DNA of 64,000 nucleotides from Alphaproteobacteria bacterium (GCA_965279355.1 OZ257155.1:4800335-4864334), one strand, 5' to 3'; shown: positions 39,004 to 50,506, counted from the stretch's first letter. The notes: generated from the sequence alone by a model not told the origin. Program-made: numbers and translations.

Positions 39004-40278
39004 ATGGCGACGCCGCTTACTGCCGCTCTGAAGGAAGCAGGTCTCGCGGCGTTCGTCGCTCTCATGCTGGCGATCCCGATGGTCGGATTCCAGACAATGG
39101 ATAGCGGCGGCGTGCTTGTTGTCCGCACGCGCTTCGATTGGGTGGCGATCGGTGTTGCTGCGGTCTTTTTCGGGCGGCTGACCCTGGCGTTGTGGCCACC
39201 GGCCAAGCGGTTGCGTCAGCGTCGCGAGCCGGTCCATGTGGTGGCAGACGGGCATTTCCGGATCACCCGGATACTCGGTTATGTGCTGCTCGGCGTTGCC
39301 ATCGCGCTGCCGTTTCTGCCGTTCTCCGACCGCTACGTCATCGATGTCGCGACGACAGTGCTAATTTACGTGATGCTCGGCTGGGGGCTGAACATCGTGG
39401 TTGGGCTCGCCGGGTTGCTTGATCTCGGTTATGTCGCCTTCTACGCCGTCGGTGCCTACAGTTTTGCGCTGCTGTCCCGACATTTCGGCCTGAATTTCTG
39501 GGAGGTTCTGCCGCTTGCCGGTGCGTTTGCGGCACTTTTTGGAATCCTGCTCGGGTTCCCGGTGCTGCGGCTGCGCGGCGACTATCTCGCGATCGTCACA
39601 CTCGGCTTTGGCGAGATGGTCCGTATCGTGCTGATCAACTGGCAGAGCCTCACCGGGGGGCCGAACGGGCTTTCCAGCATTCCTCGGCCGTCCTTCTTCG
39701 GTTTTCCGTTCGCCCGCGAGGCCGAGGACGGGATGGTGCCGTTTCATCAGCTGTTCGGTCTCGACTATTCGCCGCTCCATCGGCTGATCTTTCTTTACTT
39801 CGTCATCTTGGTCCTGGCGCTGATTACGCACGCCTTCACAGTGCGGATCAGGCGATTGCCGATCGGCCGCGCCTGGGAAGCATTGCGCGAGGACGAGATT
39901 GCCTGCCAGGCGCTTGGCATCAATCCGACCAACACCAAGCTCACCGCATTTGCCATCGGTGCGATGTTCGGCGGTTTCGCGGGATCGTTCTTCGCGACGC
40001 GGCAGGGATTCATTAGCCCAGAAAGTTTCACCTTCATTGAGTCGGCGATGATCGTCGCCATCGTCGTGCTGGGCGGCATGGGTAGCCAACTCGGTGTGGT
40101 GATTGCGGCGACCTTGCTGGTGGTGCTGCCCGAACTCGGCCGCGACTTCGCGCAGTTCCGCATGCTGCTGTTCGGTGCCGCCATGATCGGGATCATGGTC
40201 TGGCGTCCGCAGGGCCTGCTGTCGCGTCGCGAGCCGTCGATCCTGCTCCCGGTGGCAGGCGGAGGGCGCGGGGCATGA
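39004..40278 (+). CDS. livM: Branched-chain amino acid ABC permease
   Basis: [36 protein letters not shown]. Confidence 0.94.
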   Translation: MATPLTAALKEAGLAAFVALMLAIPMVGFQTMDSGGVLVVRTRFDWVAIGVAAVFFGRLTLALWPPAKRLRQRREPVHVVADGHFRITRILGYVLLGVAIALPFLPFSDRYVIDVATTVLIYVMLGWGLNIVVGLAGLLDLGYVAFYAVGAYSFALLSRHFGLNFWEVLPLAGAFAALFGILLGFPVLRLRGDYLAIVTLGFGEMVRIVLINWQSLTGGPNGLSSIPRPSFFGFPFAREAEDGMVPFHQLFGLDYSPLHRLIFLYFVILVLALITHAFTVRIRRLPIGRAWEALREDEIACQALGINPTNTKLTAFAIGAMFGGFAGSFFATRQGFISPESFTFIESAMIVAIVVLGGMGSQLGVVIAATLLVVLPELGRDFAQFRMLLFGAAMIGIMVWRPQGLLSRREPSILLPVAGGGRGA

Positions 40279-41078
40279 GCGACGAGCTCCTGAGCGTTGA
40301 AGATCTGTCCATGCGTTTCGGCGGACTGGTCGCCGTCGACAAGCTGTCGTTCACAGTGCCAAGCAACCGCATCACGGCGCTGATCGGTCCGAACGGCGCC
40401 GGCAAGACGACCGTCTTCAACTGTCTGACCGGCTTTTACCGCCCCAGCAGCGGAAAACTGACTTTGCGTCATCCTGGTGGCGAACTGCGGCTGGACCAGA
40501 TGATCGGCTTCAAGATCGCGCGGGCCGGCATCGCGCGCACGTTTCAGAATATTCGCCTGTTCCCGCGGATGACGGTTCTCGAGAACCTGATTGTGGCGCA
40601 GCATAACCGGCTGATGCGCGCCTCCGGTTACACACTGGCCGGGTTGTTCAACCTGCCGTCCTATCGCCGCGCCGAGCAGGAAGCGATGGCACTGGCACGC
40701 GCATGGCTGGAACGGATTGGACTTGTCAGCCGTGCCAATGAGGAGGCGGGCAACCTTCCATATGGCGATCAGCGCCGCCTCGAGATTGCGCGCGCGATGT
40801 GCACGCGGCCGGTGCTCCTGTGCCTCGACGAGCCGGCCGCTGGTCTCAACCCGCGGGAGTCGGCTGAGCTGAACCGGCTATTGCTCGGTATTCGTGATCG
40901 CGACGGGATCGGGATCCTGCTTATCGAGCACGACATGAGCGTCGTCATGGGCATCTCGGATCAGATCGTTGTGCTGGATTACGGCAAGCGGATCGCGGCC
41001 GGTACTCCCGACGAGGTACGGCGCAATCCCGCCGTGATCCGAGCCTATCTTGGCGAGCCCGAGGAACCGGCGGCATGA
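40275..41078 (+). CDS. livG: Branched-chain amino acid ABC ATPase
   Basis: [33 protein letters not shown]. Confidence 0.93.
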   Translation: MSDELLSVEDLSMRFGGLVAVDKLSFTVPSNRITALIGPNGAGKTTVFNCLTGFYRPSSGKLTLRHPGGELRLDQMIGFKIARAGIARTFQNIRLFPRMTVLENLIVAQHNRLMRASGYTLAGLFNLPSYRRAEQEAMALARAWLERIGLVSRANEEAGNLPYGDQRRLEIARAMCTRPVLLCLDEPAAGLNPRESAELNRLLLGIRDRDGIGILLIEHDMSVVMGISDQIVVLDYGKRIAAGTPDEVRRNPAVIRAYLGEPEEPAA

Positions 41079-41797
41079 CTACGCTTCTGACTGTCTCCGG
41101 CGTCCATACATTCTACGGCCGCATCGAGGCGCTCCGTGGCGTCGATCTGTCTGTCGGCGAGGGTGAGATCGTTTCGCTCATCGGTGCGAACGGCGCCGGC
41201 AAATCGACATTGTTGATGACGATCTGCGGCCGACCGCGTGCCGCCGAGGGGCGGATCGAGTTCGCTGGGGCCGAGATCGGGCGTCTGCAGACCTATGAGA
41301 TCGTTCGTCTCGGTGTCGCCCATGCGCCCGAGGGACGACGGATTTTTCCGCGGCTAACGATCTACGAAAATCTTCAACTCGGTGCCACCGTGGGAGATCC
41401 AGCGAACTTCGCCGCCGCCCTCGATGAAGTCTTTGAGCTATTCCCGATCCTGCATACGCGCTGCGACCAGCGCGGCGGCACGCTCTCCGGCGGCGAGCAG
41501 CAGATGCTGGCGATCGGCCGGGCCCTGATGGCGAGGCCGCGGCTGCTACTGCTTGACGAACCATCGCTGGGCCTTGCCCCGCTTGTGGTAAAGAAGATTT
41601 TCGAGGTGATCGGCGAGATCAACGCCCGTCGCGGCACCACGGTGCTGCTGGTCGAGCAGAATGCCTATCACGCGCTGCGGATTGCCCATCGGGGCTACGT
41701 CATGCAGACCGGAAAGATCGTTTTGGCCGGGACCGGCGCCGAATTACTGGCCAACAAGGAGGTCCGGTCTGCCTATCTTGAAGGCGGAGTGGGTTAA
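41075..41797 (+). CDS. livF: Branched-chain amino acid ABC ATPase
   Basis: GANGAGKS, PEGRRIF, LSGGEQQMLA, DEPSLGLAP. Confidence 0.93.
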   Translation: MTTLLTVSGVHTFYGRIEALRGVDLSVGEGEIVSLIGANGAGKSTLLMTICGRPRAAEGRIEFAGAEIGRLQTYEIVRLGVAHAPEGRRIFPRLTIYENLQLGATVGDPANFAAALDEVFELFPILHTRCDQRGGTLSGGEQQMLAIGRALMARPRLLLLDEPSLGLAPLVVKKIFEVIGEINARRGTTVLLVEQNAYHALRIAHRGYVMQTGKIVLAGTGAELLANKEVRSAYLEGGVG

Positions 41798-41899
41798 GCG
41801 GACGCTAAGGGTGCCGCGATGTTGCCGTGCCCCGCGCGCGGGACTAGATTCACGTAATCGGCCGGTCGTCGCTGGCCACTTTTGGGCAGGGAGATAACG

Positions 41900-43006
41900 A
41901 TGCGAAAAGCAGGTCTTGGATTGTTTGCGGCGGCGCTGGCCTTTACAGCCCCGGCGGCGCTGGCGCAGGACGTTGTGATCGCGGTAGCCGGTCCGATGAC
42001 CGGTCAGTACGCGTCGTTTGGTGAGCAGATGCGGCGCGGTGCCGAGATGGCGGTGGCGGATCTTAATGCCAAGGGCGGCGTCCTCGGCCGCCGGCTCAAG
42101 CTTGAAATCGGCGACGATGCCTGCGACCCCAAGCAGGCGGTGGCGGTCGCCAACCAGCTTGCGTCACGCAAGGCGGTTTTTGTTGCCGGACATTTCTGCT
42201 CCGGCTCGTCGATCCCGGCCTCCGAGGTCTATGCCGAGGAAGGCATGCTGCAGATTTCACCGGCCTCGACCAACCCGACGCTCACCGACCGTGGCGCCAA
42301 GTTCAAGAACGTGTTCCGTGTCTGCGGTCGTGATGATCAGCAGGGCCGAGTCGGTGCCGACTACATCATCGAGAAATTCTCCGGAAAGAACGTCGCGGTC
42401 GTGCATGACAAGTCGCAATACGGCAAGGGCCTCGCCGATTTTGCCAAGGCACGCCTGAACGAGAAGAATGTGAAAGAGGCGGTGTACGAAGCGGTGACAC
42501 AGGGCGACAAGGATTTCAGCGCGCTGATCAGCAAGCTGAAGCAGGCCCGCGTCGACGTGATCTATTACGGCGGCTATCACACCGAGGCTGGCCTGATGAT
42601 CCGTCAGGCGAAGGAGCAGGGGCTCAACGCCGTTCTGATCGGCGGCGATGCGATGGTGACGGCGGAGTTCTGGTCGATTACCGGCCGGGCGGGCGAGGGC
42701 GCGCTGATGACCTTCGATGCCGATCCGCGCAAGAACCCGATTGCTGCTCCGGTCGTCGAAAAGTTCAAGGCGCAGGGTTACGACCCTGAAGGCTATACGC
42801 TCTACACTTATGCTGCGATCCAGACATTCGTGCAGGCGGCGGAGCAGGCTAAGTCGGTGAAGCTTGACGACCTGCTCAAGGTGCTGCGCGGTCCGCAGTT
42901 CGATACGGTGCTGGGCCGCATCGCGTTCGATGCGAAGGGCGATGTCACGTCGCCGGCCTATCGCGTCTATGCGTGGAAAGAAGGCAAATACGACTACGCG
43001 AACTAA
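41900..43006 (+). CDS. livK: Branched-chain amino acid-binding protein
   Basis: Signal peptide; GPMTG, DDACDPKQAV, GH.CSGSSIPAS, GRDDQQG. Confidence 0.92.
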   Translation: MRKAGLGLFAAALAFTAPAALAQDVVIAVAGPMTGQYASFGEQMRRGAEMAVADLNAKGGVLGRRLKLEIGDDACDPKQAVAVANQLASRKAVFVAGHFCSGSSIPASEVYAEEGMLQISPASTNPTLTDRGAKFKNVFRVCGRDDQQGRVGADYIIEKFSGKNVAVVHDKSQYGKGLADFAKARLNEKNVKEAVYEAVTQGDKDFSALISKLKQARVDVIYYGGYHTEAGLMIRQAKEQGLNAVLIGGDAMVTAEFWSITGRAGEGALMTFDADPRKNPIAAPVVEKFKAQGYDPEGYTLYTYAAIQTFVQAAEQAKSVKLDDLLKVLRGPQFDTVLGRIAFDAKGDVTSPAYRVYAWKEGKYDYAN

Positions 43007-43026
43007 TCGTGGGGTTTTCTAAAGAC

Positions 43027-43063
43027 AACGGCCCGGCGAGCGATCGCCGGGCCGTTTGCTTTT
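43027..43063. terminator. Probable bidirectional intrinsic terminator
   Basis: AACGGCCCGGCGA-GCGA-TCGCCGGGCCGTT followed by a T-rich tail, between convergent livK and mucR. Confidence 0.75.
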
Positions 43064-43079
43064 CCAGGGTTCCCTGAAG

Positions 43080-43514
43080 CTACTTCTTCTTGCGGGGCGA
43101 GCTCTTGCGGCCGAGGCCGATTTTCTTGGCGAAGGCAGAGCGCTGTTCGGCGTAGTTCGGGGCTACCATCGGATAGTCAGCGGGCAGTCCCCACTTCGCG
43201 CGATAGGCTTCAGGGGTCATGCCATAGGCCGTGCGCAGGTGGCGCTTCAGCATCTTCAGCTTTTTGCCGTCTTCCAGGCAGACGATGTAATCCGCCGTCA
43301 CCGATTTCTTGATCGCGATCATCGGTTTCTGGTCGGTGACCGGTGCCGCGCCGTCGTGCTGATCCAGCGCCAGCAGGGACGTATGGATGGTCTGGATGAC
43401 GTCCGTGAGCTGCGCGACCGGCAGGCTGTTGTTGCTGACATAGGCCGCCGCGACTTCTGCCGTCATTCGCAAGATATCGCTAGAAGAGGCGGGTGGTTTT
43501 TCCGAAGAACTCAT
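43080..43514 (-). CDS. mucR: MucR/Ros zinc-finger regulator
   Basis: AYVSNN, KKSV..DYIVCLEDGKKLKMLKRHL, YPMVAPNYA. Confidence 0.95.
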   Translation of the reverse strand: MSSSEKPPASSSDILRMTAEVAAAYVSNNSLPVAQLTDVIQTIHTSLLALDQHDGAAPVTDQKPMIAIKKSVTADYIVCLEDGKKLKMLKRHLRTAYGMTPEAYRAKWGLPADYPMVAPNYAEQRSAFAKKIGLGRKSSPRKKK

Positions 43515-43836
43515 TTGATAACTGCCACCAGTCCCATTGAGGCCAAGCAATGAAAAACGTCACTCTCTCGATAGATAGGGTGCGGTACTGACGATTGTCA
43601 ATTATTTTTGGAGAGTTTTATTAATGTTGTTTGGAGACATTACTGCCTGATTAAAGGCGAGAGCCGATTGAACACGTTCTTTTACTTTAAAAGGTCCTAA
43701 TTTCTCTTTTTGTGTAAAAAACTGCCCACGGCCGTTTACCCAGGTGCGAGGGGCGAGAGTTTGTGGCCGATTGGCAGGCCGAGTCGACATATGGTAGCGT
43801 CTCGCTCCCGTTCCCGACTTACGCAGCCGGCTCCTC

Positions 43837-44271
43837 ATGGCGAACACTCCTATTGCCATTGCCTCCGACCATGCCGGAGTCGAGCTGAAAGCTGCACTAA
43901 TCGAGGCGTTAAAAGCCGCTGGCAGGACAGTCCTCGATCTCGGTACGAACGGCCCCGAAAGCGTCGATTACCCGGATTTCGCCGACGCCGTCGCTAAGGC
44001 TCTGGCCGACGGGAAAGCATCGCGCGGGGTGCTCGTGTGCGGCACGGGGCTGGGAATTTCGATGGCGGCCAATCGTCACCGTCATATCCGCTGCGCGCAT
44101 TGTCGCGACACGACAGATGCACGTCTGTCGCGTCAGCACAACGACGCCAATGTGATTGCGCTCGGTGCTCGGACCACGGGGATCGAGGTCGCCAAGGACT
44201 GCCTAGGGATGTTCCTTAAGACCGAATTCGAAGGCGGCCGCCATGCCCGCCGTGTCGCCAAGTTTGCCTGA
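43837..44271 (+). CDS. rpiB: Ribose-5-phosphate isomerase B
   Basis: ASDHAG, SVDYPD, CGTG.G.SMAAN, HNDANV, FEGGRH.RR. Confidence 0.96.
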   Translation: MANTPIAIASDHAGVELKAALIEALKAAGRTVLDLGTNGPESVDYPDFADAVAKALADGKASRGVLVCGTGLGISMAANRHRHIRCAHCRDTTDARLSRQHNDANVIALGARTTGIEVAKDCLGMFLKTEFEGGRHARRVAKFA

Positions 44272-44299
44272 TCTCTGAATTCCAGGATTCGACCACGCC

Positions 44300-45604
44300 A
44301 TGTCCAACCAAGCTGCCGCCATGACAGAAGATCGTTTCTTTTCCGCCCGCCTCGCCGAGGCCGATCCCGAACTCTACCGCGCCGTGAAGGACGAACTCTC
44401 ACGTCAGCAGGACAAGATTGAACTGATCGCCTCCGAGAACATCGTCTCGCGCGCGGTGCTTGAGGCGCAGGGCTCGGTTCTGACCAACAAATATGCCGAG
44501 GGTTATCCCGGCAGGCGCTATTACGGCGGCTGCGAATATGTCGACGTTGCCGAAACGATCGCCATCGAGCGTGCCAAGAAGCTGTTCAACTGCTCCTTCG
44601 CCAATGTGCAGCCGCATTCCGGCGCGCAGGCCAATGCAGCAGTCTTCTTTGCGTTGCTGCAGCCGGGCGATACCTTCATGGGCCTGTCGCTCGCGGCGGG
44701 TGGCCATCTGACACACGGCCTAGCTGTCAACATGTCGGGTAAGTGGTTCAAGCCGATTTCGTACAATGTGCGCCGCGACAACCAGCTGATCGACTACGAC
44801 GAGATGGAACGCCTGGCGCATGAGCACAAGCCGAAGCTGATCATCGCCGGCGGCTCGGCCTATCCGCGCGTCATCGATTTTGCGCGCTTCCGCAAGGTTG
44901 CCGATGCGGTCGGCGCCTATCTGATGGTCGATATGGCGCATTTTGCCGGCCTCGTGGCCGGTGGTGCGCATCCCAGCCCGCTGCCACACGCGCATATCGT
45001 GACGACCACCACGCACAAGACGCTGCGCGGCCCGCGCGGGGGCATGATCCTCTCGAACGACGAAGAGATCGGAAAGAAGATCAATTCGGCGGTGTTCCCG
45101 GGACTGCAGGGCGGCCCGCTGATGCACGTCATCGCTGCGAAGGCAGTGGCTTTCGGCGAAGCGCTGAAGCCCGAGTTCAAGGCCTATGCGAAATCCGTTG
45201 TCGAGAATGCCAAGGTTCTGGCGGATACGCTGAAGGGCGCCGGCTTTGACATCGTCTCCGGCGGCACCGATACCCATCTCATGCTGGTCGATTTGCGGCC
45301 TAAGAAGCTGACCGGCAAGCTGTCAGAGCAGAGCCTCGATCGCGCCTATATCACCTGCAACAAGAACGGCATTCCGCACGATCCGGAAAAGCCGACAGTC
45401 ACATCGGGCGTGCGGCTCGGATCACCGGCGGGAACGACACGTGGTTTCGGTCCGGCCGAATTCCGCCGCGTCGGCGAACTGATTGGCGAAGTGCTGGACG
45501 GCCTGGCCGCTAGTAATTCGGGTGACAACACAAAGGCCGAAGAGGCAGTACGGGCAAAGGTAGGCGAGCTGTGCCGGCGTTTCCCGATCTATTCGTCTTT
45601 ATAA
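44300..45604 (+). CDS. glyA: Serine hydroxymethyltransferase
   Basis: [30 protein letters not shown]. Confidence 0.98.
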   Translation: MSNQAAAMTEDRFFSARLAEADPELYRAVKDELSRQQDKIELIASENIVSRAVLEAQGSVLTNKYAEGYPGRRYYGGCEYVDVAETIAIERAKKLFNCSFANVQPHSGAQANAAVFFALLQPGDTFMGLSLAAGGHLTHGLAVNMSGKWFKPISYNVRRDNQLIDYDEMERLAHEHKPKLIIAGGSAYPRVIDFARFRKVADAVGAYLMVDMAHFAGLVAGGAHPSPLPHAHIVTTTTHKTLRGPRGGMILSNDEEIGKKINSAVFPGLQGGPLMHVIAAKAVAFGEALKPEFKAYAKSVVENAKVLADTLKGAGFDIVSGGTDTHLMLVDLRPKKLTGKLSEQSLDRAYITCNKNGIPHDPEKPTVTSGVRLGSPAGTTRGFGPAEFRRVGELIGEVLDGLAASNSGDNTKAEEAVRAKVGELCRRFPIYSSL

Positions 45605-45644
45605 GAACGATTGAAGAGTATCAGGCGTAGAGGGGGTACGGGGG

Positions 45645-46106
45645 ATGCGCTGTCCGTTTTGTGGTCATGACGACACGCAGGTGAAGGATTCGCGGCCGAC
45701 GGAGGACAATAGTGCGATCCGGCGGCGCCGGTTCTGTCCATCCTGCGGTTCGCGCTTCACGACATTCGAGCGCGTCCAGCTGCGCGATCTCGTGGTGGTG
45801 AAAAAGAACAACGTCAAAGAGCCGTTCGATCGCGACAAGCTTGCGCGCTCGATCTCTCTAGCCGTGCGCAAACGCCCCGTCGAGGCGGAACGTGTCGAGC
45901 GTATCGTCAGCGGCATCGTACGTCGTCTTGAAAGCCTGGGTGAAAGCGAAATCTCCTCGACCGTGGTCGGCGAGATGGTCATGGACGCGTTGTCGACGCT
46001 CGATCCCGTTGCCTATGTCCGCTTTGCCTCGGTCTACCGGAACTTCCGCGAAGCGAAGGACTTCGAGGATTTCGTCGGCAAGCTCGGCGGTCCCGATAAG
46101 GACTGA
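45645..46106 (+). CDS. nrdR: Transcriptional repressor NrdR
   Basis: MRCPFC...IRRRR.C..C..RFTTFE, ATP cone, AYVRFASVY. Confidence 0.97.
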   Translation: MRCPFCGHDDTQVKDSRPTEDNSAIRRRRFCPSCGSRFTTFERVQLRDLVVVKKNNVKEPFDRDKLARSISLAVRKRPVEAERVERIVSGIVRRLESLGESEISSTVVGEMVMDALSTLDPVAYVRFASVYRNFREAKDFEDFVGKLGGPDKD

Positions 46107-46148
46107 CATGAGGCTTCGCTCTCCAGTGTGCCTGTATGGAGAGGGAAG

Positions 46149-47252
46149 ATGACCACCGCGGACGATCTCAGCCATATGCGGACGGCTCTGGCGCTGGCGC
46201 GGCGCAACCTTGGCGCCGTGTGGCCCAACCCAGCGGTCGGCTGCGTTCTTGTCAAGGACGGTCGCGTTGTCGGACGCGGGTGGACGCAGCCCGGCGGAAG
46301 ACCGCATGCCGAAACCGAGGCGCTGGCGCGTGCGCAGTCCGCCGCGGCCGGTGCAACTGCCTATGTCACGCTTGAGCCTTGCAGCCACCACGGGCGCACG
46401 CCGCCCTGCGCGGAGGCGTTGATCAGGGCGCGGGTCGCGGGGGTCGTTGCGGCGATCGAGGACCCTGATCCTCGCGTGTCGGGGCGTGGGCTTACGATAT
46501 TGCGCGAGGCCGGTATCAAGGTTGAAACGGGTCTGCTTGCCGATGAAGCAGCCGAGCTCAATGCCGGTTTTTTCCAGCGCGTGCTGCGCGGGCGCCCGCT
46601 GGTCACCCTCAAGACTGCGACAACTTTGGACGGTCGGATCGCCACCCATCGCGGCGAAAGCCGCTGGATCACCGGCGAACCGGCAAGGCAGCGCGCGCAT
46701 GTGCTGCGCGCGGAGCACGATGCGATCCTGATCGGGGTCGGAACGGCGCTGATCGACGATCCGGATCTGACCTGTCGTCTTTCCGGCCTGACCGACCGTT
46801 CGCCGGTCCGCATCGTGATCGATCCACGCCTGCGTCTGTCGCTGACGGCGAAGTTGGTGCAGACAGCGCGCAAGACGCCGACCTGGTTCGTGACCTTCGC
46901 GGGCGCCGATCGCGGGCGACGTCAGGCGTTCGTCGATTGTGGAATCGAACTGATCGATATCGAGCCCGCCGCCGACGGTCAGCCGGATATGCCCGCTATG
47001 ATGGAGGCGCTGGGGGAACGCGGGATCACGCGCGTGCTCGTCGAAGGAGGCAGCCGTGTAAGCGGTGCTTTGCTCGCGGCCGGTTTGATCGACCGGATTG
47101 TCTGGTTCCGGGCGGCTATGCTGATGGGCGGCGACGGGGCGCCGGTTGCGGCGCCTTTCGGCGTTGACCGACTGGCACAAGCGCCGCGCCTCGTGCGCGT
47201 TGCCGCAGAGCCTTGCGGCGACGATCTCATGGAAATCTATGCCCGCCGTTAG
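46149..47252 (+). CDS. ribD: Riboflavin biosynthesis deaminase/reductase
   Basis: PNPAVG, HAE, TLEPCSHHGRTPPC, S.WITG, VEGG. Confidence 0.96.
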   Translation: MTTADDLSHMRTALALARRNLGAVWPNPAVGCVLVKDGRVVGRGWTQPGGRPHAETEALARAQSAAAGATAYVTLEPCSHHGRTPPCAEALIRARVAGVVAAIEDPDPRVSGRGLTILREAGIKVETGLLADEAAELNAGFFQRVLRGRPLVTLKTATTLDGRIATHRGESRWITGEPARQRAHVLRAEHDAILIGVGTALIDDPDLTCRLSGLTDRSPVRIVIDPRLRLSLTAKLVQTARKTPTWFVTFAGADRGRRQAFVDCGIELIDIEPAADGQPDMPAMMEALGERGITRVLVEGGSRVSGALLAAGLIDRIVWFRAAMLMGGDGAPVAAPFGVDRLAQAPRLVRVAAEPCGDDLMEIYARR

Positions 47253-49792
47253 TGGCCAGCGGCAGTCGTTCGTCTGCGGCCGTGTTTTGCGATGACGTTG
47301 AGCAGAACTGTTTTTTCGATCGGCTTGGCAACATGGTCGGCCATGCCTGCATCGAGGCAGCGTTTCACATCTTCGCTCATGGCATTCGCCGTCATGGCCA
47401 CTATCGGTGTCAGGCCGTTGTCGCCGGGCAGTGCGTGGATCCTGGCCGTCGCCTCGTAGCCGTCCATATCAGGCATCTGGATATCCATCAGCACCAGGTC
47501 GTAGTCTTTCGTGCGAACGGCGTCGATGGCTGCGGCACCGCTATCCGCCGTCTCGACAGCATGTCCGGTGCCGCGCAGCATCAATGAGACGAGCCGTCTG
47601 TTCATCTCTACGTCGTCGACAAGCAGGATTCGTATGTGTGCGCCGCCGGCAACCGAAGACTGCAACTGAGCGGGATTTTCGGCGACCGTCGCGCGTTTCA
47701 TATCCAGACAGAACCAGAATACACTGCCTTTTCCAGGCGTACTGTCCACGCCGATTGTTCCGCCCATAAGTTCGACGAGGCGCTTGGAGATCGATAAGCC
47801 AAGACCGGAACCGCCAAATTTTCGCGAGACAGACGCATCTGCTTGCACAAAACGGTCGAACAGCCGACTTTGCGCCTCAGGCGTGATGCCTTCACCGGTA
47901 TCCTCTACCTCGAAGCGCAGGCTCGGCCGGGTAGCATCCTGGGAGAGTGAGAGAACGCGTACGGTAACGCGGCCTCGTGCCGTGAATTTTACGGCGTTTC
48001 CGACAAGATTGAGGAGGACTTGGCGCAGCCTATGATCGTCCCCAATGACGAATTGCGGAACGGACGGCTCGATGATGGAGACGAGTTCCAGATTCTTCGC
48101 GGTTGCAGATTCACGCACGATCGACAGCACGCCGTCGACAAGGCTGGCCGGGGGAAACGCGACCTCATCCAGATCGATACGCCCAGCTTCGATCTTCGAA
48201 TAGTCGAGGATGTCGTTGAGAAGGACGAGGAGGGCGCGAGCGGCGTCGCGGATCGTTGTGGCGTGACGTTTCTGCTCGTCGTTCAACGGCGTTTCGAGAA
48301 GGACGTTGGCGAACCCGATCACACCGTTCATTGGTGTGCGGATCTCATGGCTCATCGTCGCGAGGAACTCGGATTTGGCGCGGTTCGCAGCGTCTGCCGC
48401 GGCACGCGCTTCCTTCAACTCCTCCTCGCCGCGAATGCGGGCTGTGATATCGCCCATGAAGCCGTCCCAGACGACGTTGCCGTCGGCGCGTCGGCGGGTA
48501 TGCATGGCGCTATGACACCAGACGATCTCGCCGTCCGGTCGGACCATCCGGACGTCGATTGACCATGGTGCAAGGGAGAGGGCGGAATCCCGGATTGACG
48601 TCAACGCCCGCTCGCGGTCATCCGGATGGATCCGGTTGAGCCAGACCCATGGGTCGCGCTTCACATCCGCAGGATCAATGCCGATCAGTGCCTTGAGGCC
48701 GCTGCTGAGGAATGGATAGGAGAGCGTGCCGTCCGGCCGCATCACACGCTGATAGAGAATGCCGGGGACGTTGGCGGCGATTGCCGAAAACTGCTGATTC
48801 AGTTCGTCGATGCGTGCGGCAGATTCCCGCCGTCGCCGTATATCGAGAATCAGGAATGCCGCAACCAGAAGGCTGAGTACGGTAAATCCCGTGCTGTAAC
48901 CAAATTCGCGCCGTTCCGCCGCATAAACCTCGGAAAAATAACGGGCGACGTCGAAGCCGACAAAAACAGAAAATGGAAGTTCGTCATTGACCCGGTAGCT
49001 GAGGGTTCGGCGGATGCCGTCGAGACGACTGACGGTTTCGTAGCTGCCAACGGGACTCCGCCTGCTGGCCTCGAAGAACTGGGCGGAGGCCGCGATCTGG
49101 CCAATCTGCATCGGCTGGGCACCGCGCCGCGAGAGCAGCACCCCGTCGGAGCGGATCAGGCCGACCGTGCTCCCGTCAGGAAGGTTGAGGGAGCCATAGA
49201 ACGATCCGAAAAAATCCGTCGGCAGGAGGGCCAGGACAATTCCGTTGAATTCACCGCGGGGGCCATCGATTGCATAGGAGAGCGGAATGGCCGCGGTCTC
49301 GAAGCGGGTGCTATAGAAGGGCAGGCCTATATACATCAGGCCTTTCGGCGTCGTTGTCGCATGAAACTCGAAACTCTCGCTTCGTCCCGCATCATTGGGA
49401 TCCGCTTCGCCCGGGAGGCTGCTGCCGATAACCTGCCTTGTGCTGTCGATGACCAGCACTTCGAGGCTGGCGCGCAACGCTGACGAGGCGATGATCTGAT
49501 TGATGTCCATGAGGATCGCGCTCGCGGGATTGCGTTCCACGTTCAGCTTGACCAGACGGAGCAGCTGTTCGACGCGCCTGAAGGTGACCAGCGCGTGGGC
49601 TTCGGCCGCCTGCGAAAGAGCCAGGGTTTCATTCCGGGCGTCAGCTCTGGTGGCCTCGCGCGCCGAATTGGTCGACTGGATCGTGCTGGACCAGAGGGCG
49701 GCAATGAATATCCCGCACAACCCCACAATAAGGTAGACAGCGCCCCTGCTGCCTTTGAGAGCGGTCGCCATATTGGCTTGAGGAGGGTTCAT
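47249..49792 (-). CDS. Hybrid sensor kinase (Cache-PAS-HisKA-HATPase-REC)
   Basis: Two TMs around a periplasmic domain, PAS (IHPDD), KSEFLATMSHEIRTPMNG, and C-terminal REC (LMDIQMP). Confidence 0.93.
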   Translation of the reverse strand: MNPPQANMATALKGSRGAVYLIVGLCGIFIAALWSSTIQSTNSAREATRADARNETLALSQAAEAHALVTFRRVEQLLRLVKLNVERNPASAILMDINQIIASSALRASLEVLVIDSTRQVIGSSLPGEADPNDAGRSESFEFHATTTPKGLMYIGLPFYSTRFETAAIPLSYAIDGPRGEFNGIVLALLPTDFFGSFYGSLNLPDGSTVGLIRSDGVLLSRRGAQPMQIGQIAASAQFFEASRRSPVGSYETVSRLDGIRRTLSYRVNDELPFSVFVGFDVARYFSEVYAAERREFGYSTGFTVLSLLVAAFLILDIRRRRESAARIDELNQQFSAIAANVPGILYQRVMRPDGTLSYPFLSSGLKALIGIDPADVKRDPWVWLNRIHPDDRERALTSIRDSALSLAPWSIDVRMVRPDGEIVWCHSAMHTRRRADGNVVWDGFMGDITARIRGEEELKEARAAADAANRAKSEFLATMSHEIRTPMNGVIGFANVLLETPLNDEQKRHATTIRDAARALLVLLNDILDYSKIEAGRIDLDEVAFPPASLVDGVLSIVRESATAKNLELVSIIEPSVPQFVIGDDHRLRQVLLNLVGNAVKFTARGRVTVRVLSLSQDATRPSLRFEVEDTGEGITPEAQSRLFDRFVQADASVSRKFGGSGLGLSISKRLVELMGGTIGVDSTPGKGSVFWFCLDMKRATVAENPAQLQSSVAGGAHIRILLVDDVEMNRRLVSLMLRGTGHAVETADSGAAAIDAVRTKDYDLVLMDIQMPDMDGYEATARIHALPGDNGLTPIVAMTANAMSEDVKRCLDAGMADHVAKPIEKTVLLNVIAKHGRRRTTAAGH

Positions 49793-49894
49793 CGAAGACG
49801 AGCGTTGGGGGTGATCGTGAACAATGGTATGGCCAAATAGAGAAATGCTAAGATACAGCTAGTAGAATTTAGGCCAAAGTTGCAGGTTGTACAG

Positions 49895-50506
49895 ATGTTT
49901 ACCGGCATAATTACCGATGTGGGTCGCGTCAGGGCGCTGTCGAAAATTTCCGGCGCGGACACCCGGCTCGTGGTGGAGACGGTTTATGATACGCACGGCA
50001 TTGCGATAGGGGCCTCCATCTCCTGCGGCGGGGCGTGCCTGACCGTCGTCGAAAAAGGCGAAGGCTGGTTTGCCGCCGACGCGTCGGCCGAGACGCTGGC
50101 CTGTACGACCCTCGGCGAGTGGATGCCCGGCACCAGGATCAATCTCGAGCGGGCGCTGAAGGCCGGCGATGAGCTCGGTGGCCATATCGTGAGCGGGCAT
50201 GTCGATGGAACTGGGATGGTGGCCAGTCGCGAGGAAGAAGAGGGTTCGCTGCGGCTGCTGTTCGAGGTGGGCCGTAATCTTGGGCGCTTTGTGGCCTCGA
50301 AGGGATCTGTGGCCATCGACGGTGTCTCGCTGACCGTGAATGAAGTTGAGGACGGGCCCACAGGGACCCGTTTTGGGGTCAATCTGATCCCACATACGCA
50401 GGGTGTGACGACGCTGGGCGGGCTCAAAAAGGGTAGCCGCGTGAACGTGGAAGTGGATGTCATGGCGCGCTATGTTGCGCGCATGCAGGATCAGAGCAAG
50501 CAATGA
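49895..50506 (+). CDS. ribE: Riboflavin synthase
   Basis: MFTGII, G.CLTV, NLERAL, GGH.VSGHVDG. Confidence 0.96.
   Translation: MFTGIITDVGRVRALSKISGADTRLVVETVYDTHGIAIGASISCGGACLTVVEKGEGWFAADASAETLACTTLGEWMPGTRINLERALKAGDELGGHIVSGHVDGTGMVASREEEEGSLRLLFEVGRNLGRFVASKGSVAIDGVSLTVNEVEDGPTGTRFGVNLIPHTQGVTTLGGLKKGSRVNVEVDVMARYVARMQDQSKQ

Noticed and set aside
49793-49894. FMN riboswitch upstream of the rib genes
   Set aside because: The gap is too short and lacks the conserved RFN motifs; none was seen before ribD either.
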